A DNA stretch of 64,000 nt from Bacteroidota bacterium. Lineage in GTDB: Bacteria > Bacteroidota > Bacteroidia > Chitinophagales > Saprospiraceae. Each line of letters begins with the position of its first letter. The stretch's first letter is position 1. The notes under the pieces were generated by a model, which had not been told where the DNA came from, did not search any database, and saw only the letters and a list, made by a program, of their open reading frames with translations. Both the position numbers and the translations under genes were made by a program. Below, one piece after another: positions 9,909-20,652 of this stretch. The stretch covers positions 37,449 through 101,448 of the forward strand of contig JBCBRY010000011.1 in assembly GCA_039819485.1 (NCBI GenBank). Reading direction: 5' to 3'.

Positions 9909-10122
9909 TCGAGTCCTGTATCTTTTTCTTCTCGGCATCTTTCATTCCCTCTTTTATTTCTTCCTCGATCGAGCTTTTGGCATTGTTGAATTCTTTGATG
10001 CCTTTACCGATGCCACGCATTAGTTCAGGAATCTTTTTGCCACCAAAGAGTAAGAGAATTGCCAGTAGAATAAGTATCCATTCTCCTCCACCTGGTAAGC
10101 CAATTAAAAATATGGTATTCAT
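9901..10122 (-). CDS. tatA: Twin-arginine translocase TatA/TatE family subunit
   Basis: 73 aa: one TM helix (EWILILLAILLLFGGKKIPEL) followed by an amphipathic charged tail. Confidence 0.9.
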   Translation of the reverse strand: MNTIFLIGLPGGGEWILILLAILLLFGGKKIPELMRGIGKGIKEFNNAKSSIEEEIKEGMKDAEKKKIQDSRE

Positions 10123-10286
10123 ATTAAATGATTTTTATTTCAAAAAAAGATTAAAAGTTATTGTTTGATTATTCATAAAGCAAAGCTAAAGCAAAAAAAT
10201 GGCAGCGCTGAAATTAGATTAAAAATCAGTAGAATGGTTTAATTCTGCTTTAGATAAAACACCCAACTACTGTATTACCCTACAAA

Positions 10287-11240
10287 TTATTTTTTCAGGC
10301 CAATTTCCTTCAGCCGCTCATTTAGATACTCGCCGGCGGTAATTGACGGATAGGCCTGTGGCCTTTCTTCTGTCACACACCCTTCCAAACAAGTCAAATC
10401 CATATCGCTTCTGGGGTGCAGGAAAAATGGAATGGACAACCTCGGCTTATGCCACTCTTCCCGGGGCGGATTGACTACCCGGTGAGTGGTGGACTTCAAG
10501 TAATTATTGGTCAGTCTTTGCAGCATGTCCCCGACATTGATGACGATTTCATCTTCTTCGGGCACGATGTTGATCCATTCATTTTCTTTGGTGAAAAGCT
10601 GTAAGCCCCCGGCCGATGCACCCACCAATAAGGTAATCAAATTGATGTCTTCGTGCTGTTCGGCCCGAATGGCGCTGGCTGGTTCGTGCGTGATCGGCGG
10701 GTAATGGATGGCCCGTAAAATACTATTGCCCAAATTGATATGCCGGTCAAAATAGCCTTGGCCTAAGTCAAGGTGGATGGCAATAGCCCTAAGCAAATGT
10801 CCGCCGGCCTCCTCAAAGGCTTCGTACAGTTGGCGGCCCAGTCTCGGAAAATCAGGTTCTTCCGCCACATCTACATTGTCGGGGTAATGATCGGAAGGGA
10901 CTTCCGCTCCTTTGGGGTCCTGGCCTATTTGAAAAAACTCTTTTAGGTCGGCATGTTGCGATTGCTTGGCGTGCTCTTTTCCAAAGGAAGTGTAGCCCCG
11001 TTGGCCCGCCAAATCTGCTATTTCATATTTTCTTTTTACCTCAACGGGCAGGGCGAAAAATCTTTTCGAGGCGGCATAGAAGTCGTCTATCAAGTTTTTT
11101 GAAATGCCATGATTGATCACCCCCACGAAGCCGATGTTGTGAAAGGCTTGGCCCAGTTCTTTTACAAATTCAGCCCTTTCTTCCGCAGTGCCGTCTTTGA
11201 ATTTGGAAAGATCGACGAGAGGTATTGCTCTTTTTCCCAT
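10287..11240 (-). CDS. 2-oxoglutarate/Fe(II)-dependent oxygenase (isopenicillin N synthase family)
   Basis: 317 aa with an N-terminal DIOX_N-like region (FHNIGFVGVINHGI) and a HxD...H core (EQHEDINLITLL...STTHRV). Confidence 0.8.
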   Translation of the reverse strand: MGKRAIPLVDLSKFKDGTAEERAEFVKELGQAFHNIGFVGVINHGISKNLIDDFYAASKRFFALPVEVKRKYEIADLAGQRGYTSFGKEHAKQSQHADLKEFFQIGQDPKGAEVPSDHYPDNVDVAEEPDFPRLGRQLYEAFEEAGGHLLRAIAIHLDLGQGYFDRHINLGNSILRAIHYPPITHEPASAIRAEQHEDINLITLLVGASAGGLQLFTKENEWINIVPEEDEIVINVGDMLQRLTNNYLKSTTHRVVNPPREEWHKPRLSIPFFLHPRSDMDLTCLEGCVTEERPQAYPSITAGEYLNERLKEIGLKK

Positions 11241-11474
11241 GGTATTTATATTGACTGCCTTGAAACAAGAATTAATCGAAGTCGATTTCAGCCCTGAGCG
11301 TCAACTGCTTTTAGGACGTGGCCTTAATTTAATGTTTCAAAGTATTAACAGTATTAAAATTTCTGTGTTCGAAAGAGGCAACGAATAATCACCTGAAATA
11401 CAAAGTTAGGTTTTTCCCATCAACAATGAACCCGTAATTTTGGGCTCAAGGTATTCTTTACAAAAGCGGAACAA

Positions 11475-12521
11475 TTGAAAATAGATACTGGAATTTCAAC
11501 GGCTCCTAATAGTGCTTTGCCCATCAACAATTGGTGGGCCCACTTGCTTTTCTGGATCGTTTACTGGTCGGTTTCCAGTACGCAGGATGTTTTTTTTACT
11601 TCGCATTTCCGGGAGAATTACAACATTCCCATCTTGCTTGGTTCGATTGGTGTGGTCTACTTCAACTATTATTACTGGATACCCCGGTGGCTGATCCGAA
11701 AGAAGCAGTACCTTTTTTACAGCGTTACCATCATTTCCATTATTGCACTGAATGCCTGGCTCGTGACAGTCGTAGTCAGGAATTTTTTCTCCGACAGCGT
11801 CTATTATTCAAGCTGGGAAAGTACATTCAATATTGCTGTGGATACGGCCGTTTTGGTGGCATTGACTTCTGCTTTCAAATTCCTGCAACAATGGCACGAG
11901 CGAAATAATTATGCCACTCAGCTGGAAAAGAAAAACCTTGAAACGGAACTGGAGATGTTAAAGTCTCAGATCAACCCGCATTTCATTTTCAATACCTTGA
12001 ATACTATTTATTTTTTGATGGAACAAAATGAGGACGAAAGGGCAAAAGAAGCATTGTTGAAATTTTCGGACACCTTGAGCCACCAATTGTATGACTATAA
12101 CAAAGACTGGATCGACCTGGGCAAAGAAATAGAGTATTTAAAAAACTATATCGAACTGCAACGTTTGCGCCACGATGAAGAACTGTTGACGTTGACATGC
12201 GATTTGCCCCGCTCGTCCAACGGCCATAAAATAGCACCGATGCTGCTGATCCCTTTTGTCGAAAATGCATTCAAGCATGGATCCAATTCGAAAGGTTATG
12301 AAATCAATGTTTCTTTAAATGTCGAAAATGGACAGCTGCATTTTAAAACTCAGAACACGTTGAACAAAAAGCAACCTGTAAAAAAGAAAAAACAAAAAGG
12401 CGGCATCGGCCTGAAAAATGTCCAACGACGACTCGACCTCGTTTATCCCAAAAAACACCAACTGGATATTACGGAGGACGAAAAATATTATACTGCTGAC
12501 CTTAACATCAACCTGAACTAA
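11475..12521 (+). CDS. LytS-type sensor histidine kinase (multi-TM N-terminus, His_kinase + HATPase)
   Basis: QINPHFIFNTLNTIY H-box and a C-terminal GGIGLKNVQRRL ATPase motif. The only in-frame start is TTG at 11475, so the start is uncertain. Confidence 0.8.
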   Translation: MKIDTGISTAPNSALPINNWWAHLLFWIVYWSVSSTQDVFFTSHFRENYNIPILLGSIGVVYFNYYYWIPRWLIRKKQYLFYSVTIISIIALNAWLVTVVVRNFFSDSVYYSSWESTFNIAVDTAVLVALTSAFKFLQQWHERNNYATQLEKKNLETELEMLKSQINPHFIFNTLNTIYFLMEQNEDERAKEALLKFSDTLSHQLYDYNKDWIDLGKEIEYLKNYIELQRLRHDEELLTLTCDLPRSSNGHKIAPMLLIPFVENAFKHGSNSKGYEINVSLNVENGQLHFKTQNTLNKKQPVKKKKQKGGIGLKNVQRRLDLVYPKKHQLDITEDEKYYTADLNINLN

Positions 12522-12533
12522 AAACCCAACACA

Positions 12534-13271
12534 ATGAGCGACCTAAAAATAAATTGCTTGGTAGTAGACGATGAACCCGTGGCCCGGAAGGGAATTGCAG
12601 GTTATGTGGAGCAGATCCCTTTCCTGAATTTGTCGGGCACTTGCAAATCGGCTTTGGAGGCCAATGAATTTTTGAGGCAAAACACCATCGACCTGCTGTT
12701 TCTCGACATTCAGATGCCCGATCTCACCGGGACGGACTTCATCCGCTCACTCGACAATCCTCCCGCGGTCATTTTTACGACGGCCTACCGGGAATATGCC
12801 ATCGACGGTTTTGAACTCAATGCCATCGACTACCTGGTAAAACCCATCTCTTTTCAACGGTTTTTGAAGTCAGCGAATAAAGCACTCTCCCATTTTGAAA
12901 AGTCGCAACCACCCGCACCGGCCGGAGAAGAAAATGAAATCGATCATTTTTTTATCAAAAGCGACGGGCAGTTCATTAAAATCAAGCTGGAAGATGTCCT
13001 CTACTTCGAATCTGAAAAAGACTACGTCTTTATTTTTACCAAAAAGAAACGCTACCTGAATTTGATCTCGCTGAAACAGCTGGAAAAACAATTGCCTCCG
13101 GAAAAATTTATCCGTGTACACCGCTCCTACATTGTGGCATTAGATAAAGTAGAAATGATGGAAGGGCATAAATTGATCATTCAGGGCAAAGAAATACCCG
13201 TTAGCCGCAACTCGCAGGAAATGGTCTATAATAAACTGGTAGAGGGAAAACTATGGAAACGGGAATTATGA
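12534..13271 (+). CDS. LytTR-family response regulator
   Basis: The receiver domain (VVDDEP...LFLDIQMPDLTG...DYLVKP) is followed by a LytTR DNA-binding domain (FIRVHRSYIV). It sits 13 nt after the kinase gene. Confidence 0.9.
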   Translation: MSDLKINCLVVDDEPVARKGIAGYVEQIPFLNLSGTCKSALEANEFLRQNTIDLLFLDIQMPDLTGTDFIRSLDNPPAVIFTTAYREYAIDGFELNAIDYLVKPISFQRFLKSANKALSHFEKSQPPAPAGEENEIDHFFIKSDGQFIKIKLEDVLYFESEKDYVFIFTKKKRYLNLISLKQLEKQLPPEKFIRVHRSYIVALDKVEMMEGHKLIIQGKEIPVSRNSQEMVYNKLVEGKLWKREL

Positions 13272-13280
13272 CTCAGGTTG

Positions 13281-13526
13281 TTAAGTCAAATCCATATTCA
13301 CTAATTTCATGACCATGACCACGGTCTTGTCTTCTTCGAAAGACTGTTTCATCTCCTTGGTCAGAATGGCCATCATCTCACCGTACTCACCAAACACCTG
13401 TGTGCTCATACTATTGCTTCGCACAATCAGCCCGTCATGCTGTTGCAAACGGGAGATGAAATTTAAAATAGTCGTGCCGTATTTGGCATCAAGCGGGTAC
13501 ATACTTATTTCTACAGAAGCTCGCAT
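13281..13526 (-). CDS. Small MTH1187/YkoF-like (DUF77-type) protein
   Basis: 81 aa; MRASVEISMYPLD...STQVFGEYGEMM resembles the thiamine-binding/YkoF-type fold family. Weak recognition. Confidence 0.45.
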   Translation of the reverse strand: MRASVEISMYPLDAKYGTTILNFISRLQQHDGLIVRSNSMSTQVFGEYGEMMAILTKEMKQSFEEDKTVVMVMKLVNMDLT

Positions 13527-13547
13527 AGTTGAATTTGATTATGTCAG

Positions 13548-13656
13548 GTTGACGGGAGGTTTATTTAAAGTTGACAAAAAGTTGATGGAGGTGAATGTCA
13601 AATTACGGATGACAAACCATAAACCTTCAACAACCTTTTATAAACCTCCCGTCAAC
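13548..13656. promoter_or_regulatory. 17-bp perfect inverted repeat (GTTGACGGGAGGTTTAT / ATAAACCTCCCGTCAAC) flanking degenerate GTTGA boxes in a divergent promoter region
   Basis: Arms at 13548-13564 and 13640-13656 are exact reverse complements, 75 bp apart. Related boxes: GTTGAC at 13570, GTTGATGGAGGT at 13581, and AAACCTTCAAC around 13621-13631 (reverse orientation). Confidence 0.7.
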
Positions 13657-13763
13657 ATTTAACGCATGGTACAACTTGTTTTTGAATTTGAGTTTTAAAT
13701 GAGGGTAGTTTATTTACCTCGTCTTGCCTATTTTTACGGCGTTCTAATTCTCAAAAATAGAAA

Positions 13764-14231
13764 ATGAACACAATCCATAGTTTTAAGGTAGACAGCATTG
13801 AAGGAAGCGAGATAGATTTTGCCCAGTTCGAGGGCAAGAAAATGATGATAATCAATGTAGCTTCAGCATGTGGCTACACGCCACAATACCAGCAGTTGCA
13901 AGAGTTGTACGAGGCATTTGGGGATAAAATGACCATCATCGGTTTTCCAGCCAATAATTTTGGCGGGCAAGAACCGGGAACCAATAAAGAAATCAAGGAA
14001 TTCTGTTCCTTGCAATATGGCGTAACTTTCCCTTTGGCTGCAAAGATTGATATAAATACCCATCCGGTTTATCAATGGTTGACCCAAAAGGCCCTCAACG
14101 GCAAAATGGATTCCACGGTAAATTGGAATTTTCAGAAATATCTTCTCAACGAAAATGGGCAATTGGCCCATTGCTTTCCTTCTGCTACTTCTCCTTTTGA
14201 CGATGAAATTATTGAATGGATTAATTGTTAA
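13764..14231 (+). CDS. Glutathione peroxidase (Cys type)
   Basis: 155 aa; NVASACGYTPQY active-site region, FPANNFGGQEPG, WNFQKYL. Confidence 0.9.
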   Translation: MNTIHSFKVDSIEGSEIDFAQFEGKKMMIINVASACGYTPQYQQLQELYEAFGDKMTIIGFPANNFGGQEPGTNKEIKEFCSLQYGVTFPLAAKIDINTHPVYQWLTQKALNGKMDSTVNWNFQKYLLNENGQLAHCFPSATSPFDDEIIEWINC

Positions 14232-14271
14232 TTGTTGATTGCTCATCGTTTCAACAATCAACAATCAACGA
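14225..14271. repeat. Word-repeat hairpin (imperfect 17-bp stem, words TTGTTRATTG / CAATCAACA)
   Basis: TTGTTAATTGTTGATTG (14225-14241) pairs with CAATCAACAATCAACGA (14255-14271) with 2 mismatches. The glutathione peroxidase stop codon lies inside arm 1. Confidence 0.8.
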
Positions 14272-15392
14272 TCAGCAATTTGCAGTTCACCGATGTCATT
14301 GGCCAATCAACTGCCAAGTCCGTTTTAAGCCGGATGGCAGATCATGACCGTATCCCACATGCATTACTGCTTTTGGGGATGCCGGGAAGTGGTGGACTGG
14401 CTTTGTCATTGGCCTTTGCCCAATATGTTCTTTGTGAAAACCGGACAGACGGCGATGCTTGCGGAAGTTGTCGTAGTTGTGTGAAAACGGCTAAGTGGGT
14501 CCATCCGGACCTGCACTTTTCTTTTCCCACCGTTGGGACCAATGTAACGAGCGACCAACATCTTTCGACCTGGCGGCAGGCATTGGCCGACAACCCTTAT
14601 CTGGATGTGAACCAATGGCTCCAGTTGATTGGTGCCGAAAACAAACAGGGAAACATCAACAAGGAGGAGTGCAATGCGATCATTAGAAAACTGAGCCTGA
14701 AAATTTTCGAAGGGCGCTATAAAATCATGTTGATCTGGCTGCCAGAATACTTGGGCAAAGAGGGCAACCGGCTATTGAAGTTGATCGAAGAGCCACCCGA
14801 AAATACCTTGTTGATGCTGGTGTCTGAAAATCAGGAACTGATCTTGAATACCATTCTCTCCCGTTGCCAGTTGATAAAAGTACCAGCACTTAGGGACGAG
14901 GAAATAGAACAAGGCCTAGGACAACTTAAAAATCTGCCGCCCGAAAAGGCACGGCCTATCGCTCAATTAGCAGGTGGCAACTTTAATGAAGCCCTTAAAA
15001 TAGCCACGCAGCCCGAAAGCGACAATTCCTCCCTCTTTCTGGATTGGATGCGTAAATGCTACATGGGTAACGGCATCGAACTGGTCAGGTGGGTAGAAAG
15101 CTTTGCTAAAACTGGCCGGGAAAACCAAAAACAATTTGTTCAATACGGCCTGCATTTCATGCGGGAATACATGACCCTGAAAATGGCTGGTACCGAAAAT
15201 GGCCTCGACATTCGCTTGTTGCCAAAAGAGCGTACCACCGCCCAAAACCTGACGAAGGTCATCGGTTTTGACCAAATCGGCCGCATCGTCGAACTATTCG
15301 ACGACTGCGCCTATGCTATTGAAAGGAACGCTAACCAGAAACTGCTGTTTTTGGATACTTCCATTAAACTAAATAAGATATTGAGAAATTAA
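14232..15392 (+). CDS. holB: DNA polymerase III subunit delta-prime
   Basis: IPHALLLLGMPGSGGLALSLAFAQYVLC plus the CGSCRSC zinc module. The ORF-track start at 14232 lies inside the hairpin, so the in-frame TTG at 14280 (MQFTDVIGQ) is a more plausible start. Confidence 0.8.
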   Translation: MLIAHRFNNQQSTISNLQFTDVIGQSTAKSVLSRMADHDRIPHALLLLGMPGSGGLALSLAFAQYVLCENRTDGDACGSCRSCVKTAKWVHPDLHFSFPTVGTNVTSDQHLSTWRQALADNPYLDVNQWLQLIGAENKQGNINKEECNAIIRKLSLKIFEGRYKIMLIWLPEYLGKEGNRLLKLIEEPPENTLLMLVSENQELILNTILSRCQLIKVPALRDEEIEQGLGQLKNLPPEKARPIAQLAGGNFNEALKIATQPESDNSSLFLDWMRKCYMGNGIELVRWVESFAKTGRENQKQFVQYGLHFMREYMTLKMAGTENGLDIRLLPKERTTAQNLTKVIGFDQIGRIVELFDDCAYAIERNANQKLLFLDTSIKLNKILRN

Positions 15393-15434
15393 AAATTTCC
15401 AATTTTTGATTTCCAATTTCCAATATCCCAAGTA

Positions 15435-16847
15435 ATGGCTTGTGCAGGATGTTCAGTAAAAACTAAAGACGGTCAGCCCATCGGTTGTCGCAGCAACGGC
15501 AATTGTAGCACAGGCGGCTGCAACCGCCTCAATACATTCGATTGGCTTTCGGCCATGGAAATAGAAGATGTGGAACCCTTTAACGTCGTGGAGATCAGTT
15601 TCAAGAACGGAGCCCGTAAAGGTTTCTATTACAACCAGCCCTACACCCGGGCAATCACTGGAAACATGGTCGTTGTGGAATCGCAGGTAGGTTATGATAT
15701 GGGCCGCATCACGTTGTCCGGTGAGTTGGTCCGTTTACAGATGCGTAAAAAGAAAGTGCAGGAAGATGCCTATTTCCCAAAAGTGATTCGTGTTGCAAGC
15801 GAAAAGGATCTGGATAAATATTCAGATACGAAAGCAAAGGAAAAAGCCACGATGATCCGTGCAAGGGCCATTGCCCGCACACTCGACCTCAACATGAAAA
15901 TCGGCGATGTCGAATTTCAGGGCGACGGGCGCAAAGCCACTTTTTATTATACTGCCGACGGGCGGGTGGATTTCCGGGAACTGATCCGTCATTTCGCAAA
16001 AGAATTTAAAGTAAAAATTGAAATGCGCCAGATTGGTGCCCGTCAGGAAAGTGCTCGAATCGGAGGACTTGGTCCTTGCGGCCGGGAGCTTTGCTGTTCG
16101 ACCTGGCTGACTTCCTACAAAACTGTATCTACCGCAGCGGCCCGCTATCAAAACCTGGCCATCAATCAGGCTAAACTCTCCGGTCAGTGCGGACGTTTAA
16201 AATGTTGCCTGAATTATGAACTGGATACTTACATGGAGGCACTCTCCAACTTCCCCGACGATGCGGAAAAGTTGATGACCGAAGAAGGACGTGCCGTGCT
16301 ATTGAAGACCGATATTTTTAAAGGTATCATGTACTATGGTTACGAAAAGGAAGGCGGAAGAGGAAGGTTTTATCCTTTGGATCTGGAGCAGGTCAAGGAA
16401 ATCAGAGGAATGAACAAGCGCGGTGAAAAACCTTTGTCATTGGCCGACGTTATGGTTCAACCTGAATTGGACGAAGCAGACCTGAAATTCTCCGATGATG
16501 TTACGGGCGTGGTTGAATTGCCAATGGAAGAACGCCGCCGCAAAAAACGGAGAAGGCCCGATCGAAGAAAGAGTCAAAGCAAGCAAGCCCAGCCTCCTGC
16601 AAAAGCCAAAGATGTTGACAAACCCAAGCAAGGAGGTAAACCAACTAGCCGCAACAACCAAAACAGGGGCAAAAAGACCAACAAGCCTCCGCAGGCAAAA
16701 TCCAAATCCTCGGGTCCGGAGAAGCAGGGAAGCAAAGGCCCTGATAAAAAAGGAAGCAGGCCCCCAAAAGGAAAAGGAGGAGGAAAAGGTCGATATCGCG
16801 GAAATAGGAACAACCGAAATAAAAACACACCAAAAGATAAAGGATAA
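15435..16847 (+). CDS. PSP1/RicT (YaaT)-family protein with a Cys-rich N-terminus and a long polybasic C-terminal tail
   Basis: PSP1 core (FQGDGRKATFYYTADGRVDFRELI...LKCCLNYE). It lies directly after holB, as in many bacteria. The last ~105 aa are a K/R/G/P/N low-complexity tail. Confidence 0.8.
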   Translation: MACAGCSVKTKDGQPIGCRSNGNCSTGGCNRLNTFDWLSAMEIEDVEPFNVVEISFKNGARKGFYYNQPYTRAITGNMVVVESQVGYDMGRITLSGELVRLQMRKKKVQEDAYFPKVIRVASEKDLDKYSDTKAKEKATMIRARAIARTLDLNMKIGDVEFQGDGRKATFYYTADGRVDFRELIRHFAKEFKVKIEMRQIGARQESARIGGLGPCGRELCCSTWLTSYKTVSTAAARYQNLAINQAKLSGQCGRLKCCLNYELDTYMEALSNFPDDAEKLMTEEGRAVLLKTDIFKGIMYYGYEKEGGRGRFYPLDLEQVKEIRGMNKRGEKPLSLADVMVQPELDEADLKFSDDVTGVVELPMEERRRKKRRRPDRRKSQSKQAQPPAKAKDVDKPKQGGKPTSRNNQNRGKKTNKPPQAKSKSSGPEKQGSKGPDKKGSRPPKGKGGGKGRYRGNRNNRNKNTPKDKG

Positions 16848-16922
16848 ATGATTGATGGCTAAATGGATAAAAGAACAACCATATAGCCATTTAATCATCC
16901 AATCATTTACCATTCTATTCCA

Positions 16923-18326
16923 ATGAAATACGACGTAACTGTCATTGGATCGGGCCCGGGAGGTTATGTGGCCGCGATCCGTTGCGCCCAGCTGGGCATG
17001 AAAACAGCAATCATTGAGCGCTACCCTACCCTCGGCGGTACCTGCCTGAATGTCGGCTGCATTCCCTCCAAGGCACTGCTCGATTCTTCCGAGCATTATC
17101 ACAATGCACATAAAAAATTTGCTGATCATGGAATCGACCTGAGCAACCTTAAGGTCAATATGCCACAAATGATCAAACGAAAGGACGAGGTTGTGGCACA
17201 AACGACGAAAGGTGTTGATTTTTTAATGAGAAAAAATAAGATCGACGTATTTCACGGACATGGTTCCTTTGTATCAGCCAATAAAATAAGCGTTGCTAAA
17301 GACGATGGTAGCAAGGAAGAAATTGAAACCGAAAAAGTCATCATCGCTACCGGCAGCAAGCCCATTACCCCACCCGCTTTCAATTATGATAGAAAACGGG
17401 TCATTACTTCCACCGAGGCTTTGAACATTACCAAGGTTCCCAAGCGGATGATCATCATCGGCGGCGGAGTGATCGGATTAGAACTGGGTTCAGTGTATGC
17501 CCGTTTGGGAACGGAAGTGGAAGTGGTGGAATACCTCGACCGCATCATTGCCGGGATGGACAAAGATTGCAGTAAGGAACTGCAGCGAGCTTTGAAAAAG
17601 ATTGGAATGAAGTTTCACCTGAAACATATGGTGACAAATGTAAAAGCAACCAGCCGCAGTGTGACGGTGGAAGTTCAGAAAAGGGACAGTGAAGATAAGT
17701 TCGAGTTAAAGGCAGATTACTGCCTGGTCTCCATCGGCCGCCGTGCTTACACCGATAATCTGGGGTTGGAAAACGTTGGTATTAAAACGGATGAAAAAGG
17801 GCGTATCGAAGTAGACAGCCATTTGCAGACCAATGTGCCAAATATTTACGCCATCGGCGATGTCGTAAAAGGAGCCATGTTGGCGCACAAGGCAGAGGAA
17901 GAAGGAGTTTTTGTGGCTGAAGTCATGGCCGGCCAAAAGCCACATATTGATTATAACCTGATTCCTGGCGTGGTCTACACCTGGCCGGAAGTTGCTGCTG
18001 TTGGCCAAACGGAAGAGCAGCTAAAAGAAGCCGGAATCCCATACAAATCAGGCAAATTTCCAATGAAAGCCCTTGGACGTGCAAGGGCCAGTACCGACGT
18101 GGAAGGTATGGTCAAAGTATTGGCACATAAAGAAACGGATGAAATTCTTGGCATGCACATGGTCGGTGCCCGTGTGGCAGATTTAATTGCCGAGGCCGTT
18201 GCGCTGATGGAGTTCCGGGCTTCGGCGGAAGATTGTGCCCGCATGAGCCACGCCCACCCAACTTACGCAGAAGCTGTTAAAGAAGCGGCGTTAGGTGCGA
18301 CGGGAGATCGGGCATTGCATATCTAA
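16923..18326 (+). CDS. lpdA: Dihydrolipoyl dehydrogenase
   Basis: GSGPGGYVAAIR, redox-active GGTCLNVGCIPSK, C-terminal HAHPTYAEAV. Confidence 0.93.
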   Translation: MKYDVTVIGSGPGGYVAAIRCAQLGMKTAIIERYPTLGGTCLNVGCIPSKALLDSSEHYHNAHKKFADHGIDLSNLKVNMPQMIKRKDEVVAQTTKGVDFLMRKNKIDVFHGHGSFVSANKISVAKDDGSKEEIETEKVIIATGSKPITPPAFNYDRKRVITSTEALNITKVPKRMIIIGGGVIGLELGSVYARLGTEVEVVEYLDRIIAGMDKDCSKELQRALKKIGMKFHLKHMVTNVKATSRSVTVEVQKRDSEDKFELKADYCLVSIGRRAYTDNLGLENVGIKTDEKGRIEVDSHLQTNVPNIYAIGDVVKGAMLAHKAEEEGVFVAEVMAGQKPHIDYNLIPGVVYTWPEVAAVGQTEEQLKEAGIPYKSGKFPMKALGRARASTDVEGMVKVLAHKETDEILGMHMVGARVADLIAEAVALMEFRASAEDCARMSHAHPTYAEAVKEAALGATGDRALHI

Positions 18327-18352
18327 AAAAACACACAATAAAATATTTTAAA

Positions 18353-18384
18353 GCCTGGGCATCAACATGCTCAGGCTTTTTTTT
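18353..18384 (+). terminator. Intrinsic terminator of lpdA
   Basis: GCCTGGGCAT-CAAC-ATGCTCAGGC hairpin (one mismatch) followed by T8. Confidence 0.8.
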
Positions 18385-18435
18385 AACTCGGATTGTTAAT
18401 CCGAAACTGTGCATCTCGGATTAACAATCCGAGTT
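18385..18435. promoter_or_regulatory. Perfect 20-bp inverted repeat upstream of the carotenoid gene cluster; each arm is itself palindromic
   Basis: AACTCGGATTGTTAATCCGA (18385-18404) and TCGGATTAACAATCCGAGTT (18416-18435) are exact reverse complements with an 11-nt spacer. Each arm contains TCGGATT-NNN-AATCCGA. Confidence 0.75.
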
Positions 18436-18480
18436 ACTTTTAAAACCATTTTCCTATTTAATTATTTTATTTGCCAATAA

Positions 18481-20635
<2,155 letters not shown>

Positions 20636-20652
20636 TTTTTGACTGTCAACAA

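Noticed and set aside
13309-13662. 117-aa plus-strand ORF
   Set aside because: It runs antisense through the YkoF-like gene and then through the inverted-repeat regulatory region. It has no plausible start context.
16437-17201. 254-aa minus-strand ORF spanning the PSP1 tail and the lpdA start
   Set aside because: It would overlap two strongly supported plus-strand genes and cross their intergenic hairpin. The biased composition of the polybasic-tail coding region keeps the antisense frame open.
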